DNA from: the human T2T-CHM13v2.0 reference genome, Homo sapiens
NCBI RefSeq assembly: GCF_009914755.1
Contig: NC_060930.1
Reading direction: 5' to 3' (one strand)
Length of the DNA: 64,000 bases
Shown here: piece after piece, positions 58,002 through 64,000 of the stretch
Position numbering within the stretch: the first letter of the stretch is position 1
Layout: each line of letters starts with the position of its first letter
Notes under the pieces: model-generated
What the model was told of the DNA's origin: nothing
The model's input: only the letters and a program-made list of their open reading frames with translations
Database searches by the model: none
Translations under genes and position numbers: made by a program

Positions 58002-59990
58002 CCTCAAATTTTTGAAAAAGATAAATGAATTGCCTGAGAGCCTGCCTATCAGGAGCCACATGATACAGGAGAGAAAGACTGTCCTGAGGAAGGTTACGAG
58101 CCAAGCCTAAGCAAAAAGTAAGTTTCTTTTTTTTGCCTCAAGGTCCTATACTCCCAGTTTCCTCTTACAATCCCTCTGTCACTCAACTCTGGTCCCACAG
58201 CAAGATTATGCTATGTACAACAAGTGCTGCATACTTCAAAAACAACTTCCTCAAACTAATATCTGTGGCAACAGTAGCTATTTAATGGCCTCCAGGTCTC
58301 AGCAAAGAAATCCTAGGAAAACACTGGGGATCAGCTATGTACCTTATGTTACAATTTGGTAGCCTGGTAGACACATCTATCCTCATTGTCATTGTCGTAG
58401 ATCTATTTCCTTCCAACCTGGAATTTGAAACTCCATGAACAAATTACAACAGCTAAAAAGTGGTGCTGCTAATGTTAGTGTCTCAATTTAGCATTATTTG
58501 AAATCTCAAAATACCCTGGCTAAACGAAAATTCCTCAATGGTAAGTCTAGAATAATTTTCTGTACTAGAATCCCTTCACTGCTGAGATTCTCATGTAATC
58601 CTCTCCTCCATGTTTATCTCCCTGCAATTCTGCCATTCTTGGAACACAGTAAGTATTCAATAAATATATATAAGTGAATAAATGAATGAACCTTCTAAAA
58701 GCTCCAGGTTAAAAAGGAAGAGGCAACCACCACCTCAAATATCTCCTAAAAGTAACTAACAGTGTCGTACATATAATGCATGAAGTATAATAAGTGTGTA
58801 AATTATAAGGTATATTTGTCAACTCCCATGTAGCATGTAAATTGTGTCATTATTTAATATGTACACTGAGGTTTTTACAATAATCAGTCTTTTAAGAATT
58901 TAAGTGCATTCACACATTTCACCTAAAAATTATCACAACAAACCAAATTAATGCAGCACTTCATGCCACAGTCTCACCAATCAAGAAGAAATGCTTACTC
59001 CAAGCCAAATAGTAATAGTAATAAAGTTGAAGGCAGTTAACTAAAATATGTTGTAGATACAATCTAAAAGTAAAATTATATTTGATAATACACAAATTTC
59101 ATGTACATTATTTAGAAATTAATATAATTATGTGACATGGTAATTCTCAGCTGGGTGTTGTAATAAAAGGAGATAAACACATTTTAGGTTATTCTAAAAT
59201 GTTTGGAATTTAGCTAGCATAGATTTGTTTAATTTTATAAATGAGAAAAAAATGAACATCTTATAGACCTGTGGTTAATGGATGACCCCAAAAAATTATA
59301 TAATCAAAGACCAAAGGATAAAAAACATATCTGCTTGACACGGATATGACATAATCTGATATATGGCATGTTTTAAAGTTGCTATTATATTATAAATATC
59401 AACCTATTCCTTATGTTCTGATGCAGGTTATTCCCAATATTCAGTAATCTTCCACAGTGGTTATTTTCCTGAGTGCTTTACAATAAACAGATAAGCCATG
59501 AGGCAAACCCAACAATGAAAAACAATGTTTATCAACTACAAGACTCAGGACTTGGTAAGCACACTTACCAAAGAACAGATAAGGTAAAGAACAAATAGCT
59601 CCCATAAATTAAAAATCATGAAAACTTCAGAAAGACATGAATTAAGGAAGGAAAGCACACACTAATTGGAACCAAGCGTTACATCAACACACATAGCAGG
59701 CTTTCCTTCTAAATAGTCTTTATTATGCCTGCTAAAACTACTTATATTCAGGTAATATCTTAATACAACTGATTTTTTTAAAAAAAAAACAAGAGTACCT
59801 TTCCAGGCAATAATAAATGCAACCAGTATCATTCATTACCAGCACCAATCACTCAAACCACAATTCTAATTCATTTTCCACAGAAGTCTCGATTTCCTGT
59901 TATTTATTGTAAGTCTTCCAGCAGTCTTACTATTCCTTCTTATTTTTATCCACCATTCCTTATGCCTCTTTCCTAGAACTATTTGCCCTT

Positions 59991-60354
59991 TGATATGGTT
60001 TGGCTGTGTCCCCACCCAAATCTCATCTTGAATTGTAGTTCCCATAATCCCCACATGTCGTGGGAGGGACCCAGTGGGAGGTAATTTCATCATGGGGGCG
60101 GCTGCCCCATGCTGTTCTCATGATAGCGAGAGAGTTCTCATGAGATCTGATGGCTTCATAAGGAAATTTTTTTTGCCCCTTTGCTCGAAACTTCTCTCTC
60201 CTGACACCCTGTTAAGAGGTACTTTCCCCCATGATTCTAAGTTTCCTAAGGCCTCCCCAGCCATGTGGAACTCTGAGTCCATTTAACCTCTTTTCTTTAT
60301 AAATTACCCAGTCCCAGGCATTTCTTCATAGCAGCATGAGAACAGAGTAATACA
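59991..60354 (+). mobile_element. THE1 solo LTR
   Basis: TGATATGGTTTGGCTGTGTCCCCACCCAAATCTC start, ...taataCA end, 5-bp TSD CCCTT. Confidence 0.92.
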
Positions 60355-61448
60355 CCCTTGATCTTGAAACTCTGACACTGCTTTATCTATGTAGAATAGC
60401 TTCTAAATAACAGTACCTACTAATCATGCCTTAAACTCAGGATTCTTTTCCATTAGAATATTCTGTATTCTGACTATATAACATACCAGTGCAATCACTC
60501 ACTGTTTCATACATTAATAAAAAATTGTTGGGGAAAAAGAGTCAAAGTTCAGCTTGGAGGTAATTGCAAGAACTAATGAAAGTAACAAAAATTTTAACAT
60601 ATTTACATCAACCCAATTCAAGGAAAAACTGAAAATCATACTCTCCCATCTCTGAAAGATTATAGAAACTTATATTTAACATTTGATGAATTACTCAGTG
60701 AGAAAAACAAGGATATTTGCTACTGCTAACTAAATTAGTTTTAAATTAATTCAAAGAATAAAAAGAAAAGACAGTTTTCTAAATAGCAATAGAAAAGGTG
60801 AGTATAAAACAATGCACAACAGGATCAAAGGGTTTCTGGAGACTTATGAAAAAGATAACGACTATAGTCATCTATTCAGTGGTGTTTTTCAGTTCTTCAG
60901 CTAGCCATTGTCATGAAAAAGGCAGCATACCAGTCTGGATACCGTGTGGGGCCTAGTCTGAGAACAGGAGAGAGTTATTTTTTAAGCTCTCCTCAGCCAA
61001 ACTGAGGAAGGCTAGTTCCTGACTGGACCCAGGTTAATACCGTAATACTCTATTGAGGTTGAAGTCAGTGACTATAAAAAGATTATTGAGTTTTGAAGCC
61101 AAAGCTTCAAAAAATAAAAGAGTTTGTCTGTGAATCTCAAGTAAATTTTTGAGAAGTCATGACACAGGAACACAGTTTTAAAAAGAGTATGATTTGCTTA
61201 CAGCAGCTTTACAATAACACTAAGAAAATCTCAGAGCATCTGTTCTTCAACTTCTCAATCCTCATTCCCCACATCATTCTTCCCTCAAAAAGTTAATTTT
61301 AATGTTTATTAATGAGACCAAACAGCTAGAACACATTTTTAAAAAGATCTCCACGCACTTCTGATTTATTCTCAACTCAACTTTGTTCAATTACTGTCCA
61401 GCACTTTTTTAATGATTTTCTGTTTAACCACATAGTGTGTATAGAGGG

Positions 61449-61915
61449 TGCTGTGGGTTGAATTATGTCCTCCATAAAAATACATTAAAATTTTAACCCC
61501 TAGAAGCTGTGAATGTGACCTTATTTGGAAATAGGGTCTTTGCATATGTAATCCGAGGTAAAATGAGGTCATGCTGGTTCAGGGTGAGCCCTAAGTCCAC
61601 TTACTGGTATCCCTATATGGAGAGAGAAAAGATATGAAGACAGAAAGCTCAGGGAAGAAGGACATGTGAAGGTGACAAAGACTGGAGTTATGGTGCCACA
61701 AGCCAATGAATAATATACTAAGGACTGCCAGTAAGCACCCGAAGCTAGAAAAGGCAAGGAAGAATTCTTCCCTAGACCCTTCAGAGGGAGCATGGCCCTG
61801 CCAACACCTTCATTTTGAACCTTATAGTCTCCAAAACTGTGAGAAAAAATATTTTTGTTGTTTAAGTCCTCTAGTTTGTGGTAATTTGTTATAGCAGCCC
61901 TAGGAAACTAATACA
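61449..61915 (+). mobile_element. MLT1 solo LTR (MLT1B/C-like)
   Basis: tgtgggttgaattatgtcc...gtgaccttatttggaaatagggtctttgca...gcagccctaggaaactaataca. Confidence 0.85.
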
Positions 61916-61919
61916 GGGG

Positions 61920-63400
61920 AGTAGAGGTTAACAGTTCTGAACCTGCTTTATACACATATACTGGGGACTGAGCAAACAAGTAAATGGATGGTAGATGGTG
62001 GGAGGCTTCTAACTGTTGGAGAGGGAAGTTATAGATAAGCAAGGGAGAAGGGCTAAAATAAATCCTGCTGTCTGGATTAGAGTCAAAGACATCATAAGGA
62101 ACTCATGTTTGGCTCAATACTAATACTGACGAATAAACAGATAAATAATTCTAGATATATGTGTAATTATAGGCTAATATACATACCTGCATAACCTAGC
62201 CCTGTCCTCTGAAAGGGCCTAAAAGCAATGACAACCCAATAATAACAAGTATGTCCAGCACCCAGATCTTGGTTTCTGAATACCACTCTCCAATAAAAAG
62301 AACCAGAGCTCATTGGTGAAATGATTGATTCAAGGGCTAAGGTAGGACTAAGATGAACATGGAGCATTTTGTGGTACCCAAAAGTAAGGAAGTGCTCAAA
62401 AAACAAAAGGATGGCAGGGTGGTGTCCATGTCAAAGTGTCACCAGAACAACCCTGAAAGAGTTCTCAATGGCAAAATTTGAACAACAAAATATTATTACT
62501 AAGTCATAATCAAAAATATAAAACAAATTCACATAGTCTATACTGGCATAAATAAATGATTGAATAAATAAATAAATGAGAGAGAAGAGGTTACTTTCTT
62601 ACAGAAGAATTCCAAATCATATATATAAGTATTTAGTCCTCCAGGATGTAGAACTTAGTGCCTCTAACTCCTATTTTCAGTGTGGGCAGGACTCAGTGAC
62701 TTGCTTCCAAAAAATAGAGTATGATTTTAAAAAATAATAGAAATGGTAAAATACTGTTTTATAGAAGAGAAACCTGGCAAACATATCTTAAACAAGCGAC
62801 CAAGGTAAATAACACTAATGATGTCGAATTATTATTATGTACCCCTGATATGATATGATGAAAAGAATATTTTCATATCTGTAGTATTCTTGCCAAAAAC
62901 TTACAACCACAGTCTAATCATGAGAAAAACGTAAGACAAACCTAATTTGAAAGACATCTATAAAATATTTGACTAGTTCTCCTCAAAACTGTTAAGGTTA
63001 TGAAAAATAGGAAGAGAATGAGAAACCGTCACAGACCAGAGGAGATTAAGAAAACATTACAATTAAATGTAATGTGGTGTCCTGGATAGGAACCAGGAAC
63101 AGAAAAGGACATTCATAGAAAAACTGGTAAAATTCTAATAAAGTCTATGGTTAAAAAATAAATGTGTACATATAGGAGTCCACATTGATATAAATAAACA
63201 ATTAAATAAATGGAAGAGAAGTGGAAGTGGCAAATATGTCTTAAAGAAGAATTCCAAATAATAAATTCACATATTCTCCCTCACAGGAGATGGAGTTAAA
63301 CCCTCCGTTCTTGACTTGCCTCCAAAGAACAGAATATAGAAAGAAGAAAATTTGTTACTATACAATGCAGAGAACTTGCAAACCTAGTACTGCCTGTCCC
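61920..63400 (+). mobile_element. Old L1M 3' region fragments
   Basis: A-rich sequence with L1MC/MD-like motifs (aaagaaccagagctc.ttgg.gaaatg; taaatgtaatgtggtgtcctggat..gaaccaggaacagaaaaggacatt). Confidence 0.55.
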
Positions 63401-63403
63401 TGA

Positions 63404-63796
<393 letters not shown>

Positions 63797-64000
63797 TAAT
63801 TTCTCTGGTGCTGGCTGAAAATTCAGCCCCTTGGGGTCTGCTAACAAACTTTCTTACATATTGATCTGACACCATTTCTAGAATTTTGTCATTTTCTCCC
63901 TGCCTTCAGAGGGTTGTCTTTTTTAAAAAAAAAAAAAAAATCTTGAGTTTTAGTGGGATGCCATAAAGGAATAAAATTGAGGCGTGTGTTCAATTTGCCA

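Overview
This is human (hominoid) genomic DNA from the CEP85L/PLN locus (6q22.31 by recognition), not prokaryotic. The complete two-exon phospholamban gene (PLN, + strand) has a non-coding exon 1 ending at 11546, a 10.4-kb intron and a 52-aa CDS at 22074-22232. It is nested antisense in an intron of CEP85L, of which one 788-bp coding exon is present (- strand, 28680-29467). The rest is repeat-rich intron. It holds two adjacent ERV1 proviruses with paired LTRs and 4-bp TSDs: an internally deleted MER66-like element (37135-42011) and a full-length decayed gag-pol-env provirus with a tRNA-Gly PBS (42833-54058). An SSX processed pseudogene sits in the 3' LTR of the second provirus. There are also solo LTRs, Tigger-type DNA transposons, many Alus and L1 fragments. 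The most notable observations are a splice-created uORF in the PLN leader, a PLN poly(A) signal inside a Tigger2-type transposon, the SSX-in-LTR structure with a 117-bp locally templated re-insertion, a triple-octamer LTR, and nesting that orders the insertions. I found no convincing wholly new biological system. Repeat subfamily names and variant identities are from memory and need database confirmation.
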